From the NCBI GenBank assembly GCA_030390025.1, contig CM059432.1, forward strand, positions 150,972,001 through 151,036,000: a stretch of DNA of 64,000 nucleotides, in the 5' to 3' direction. Source of the DNA: Squalus acanthias. Lineage: Eukaryota. A model generated the notes under the pieces. That model saw only the letters and a list, made by a program, of their open reading frames with translations, was not told where the DNA came from and did not search any database. Of the stretch, positions 63,820-64,000 are shown piece by piece. Numbering within the stretch: the first letter of the stretch is position 1; the number at the start of each line of letters is the position of its first letter. The translations under genes and the position numbers were made by a program.

Positions 63820-64000
63820 AGTGAAGGAATACGAATCGGCAAAGCATATATAGACAGAGAACAATGCCTGTGCAGCGTACAATGGCAGACGACTACAGTT
63901 AATCTATCTGACTGCCTTTTATCACACCTCGGCAGAGAGACAATCAGATCAGTCAGGAAGACATTATATCAAAGACATAGCAAGATACAACTAAGACAAT

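Overview
Repeat-dense vertebrate DNA, most likely from a cartilaginous fish (inferred from CR1 LINEs with octamer microsatellite tails, Deu-domain SINEs, L2, Penelope-like elements and Harbinger transposons). No host protein-coding gene is confidently recognisable. Main highlight: a 4.2-kb PIF/Harbinger transposon (41425-45624) that looks fully intact, with TIRs, a 3-bp TSD, an uninterrupted DDE transposase and a convergent 3-exon Myb/SANT partner gene that splices to an open 459-aa ORF. It is accompanied by related MITE deletion derivatives and decayed relatives. Also present: two families of Penelope-type minimal hammerhead ribozymes (one as a 93-bp TSD-flanked insertion), multi-level nested insertions, two Harbinger-type elements inserted at the same CR1 nucleotide, a 1.5-kb solo LTR and a 201-bp near-perfect local inverted duplication. 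All coordinates were read by eye; no searches were run.
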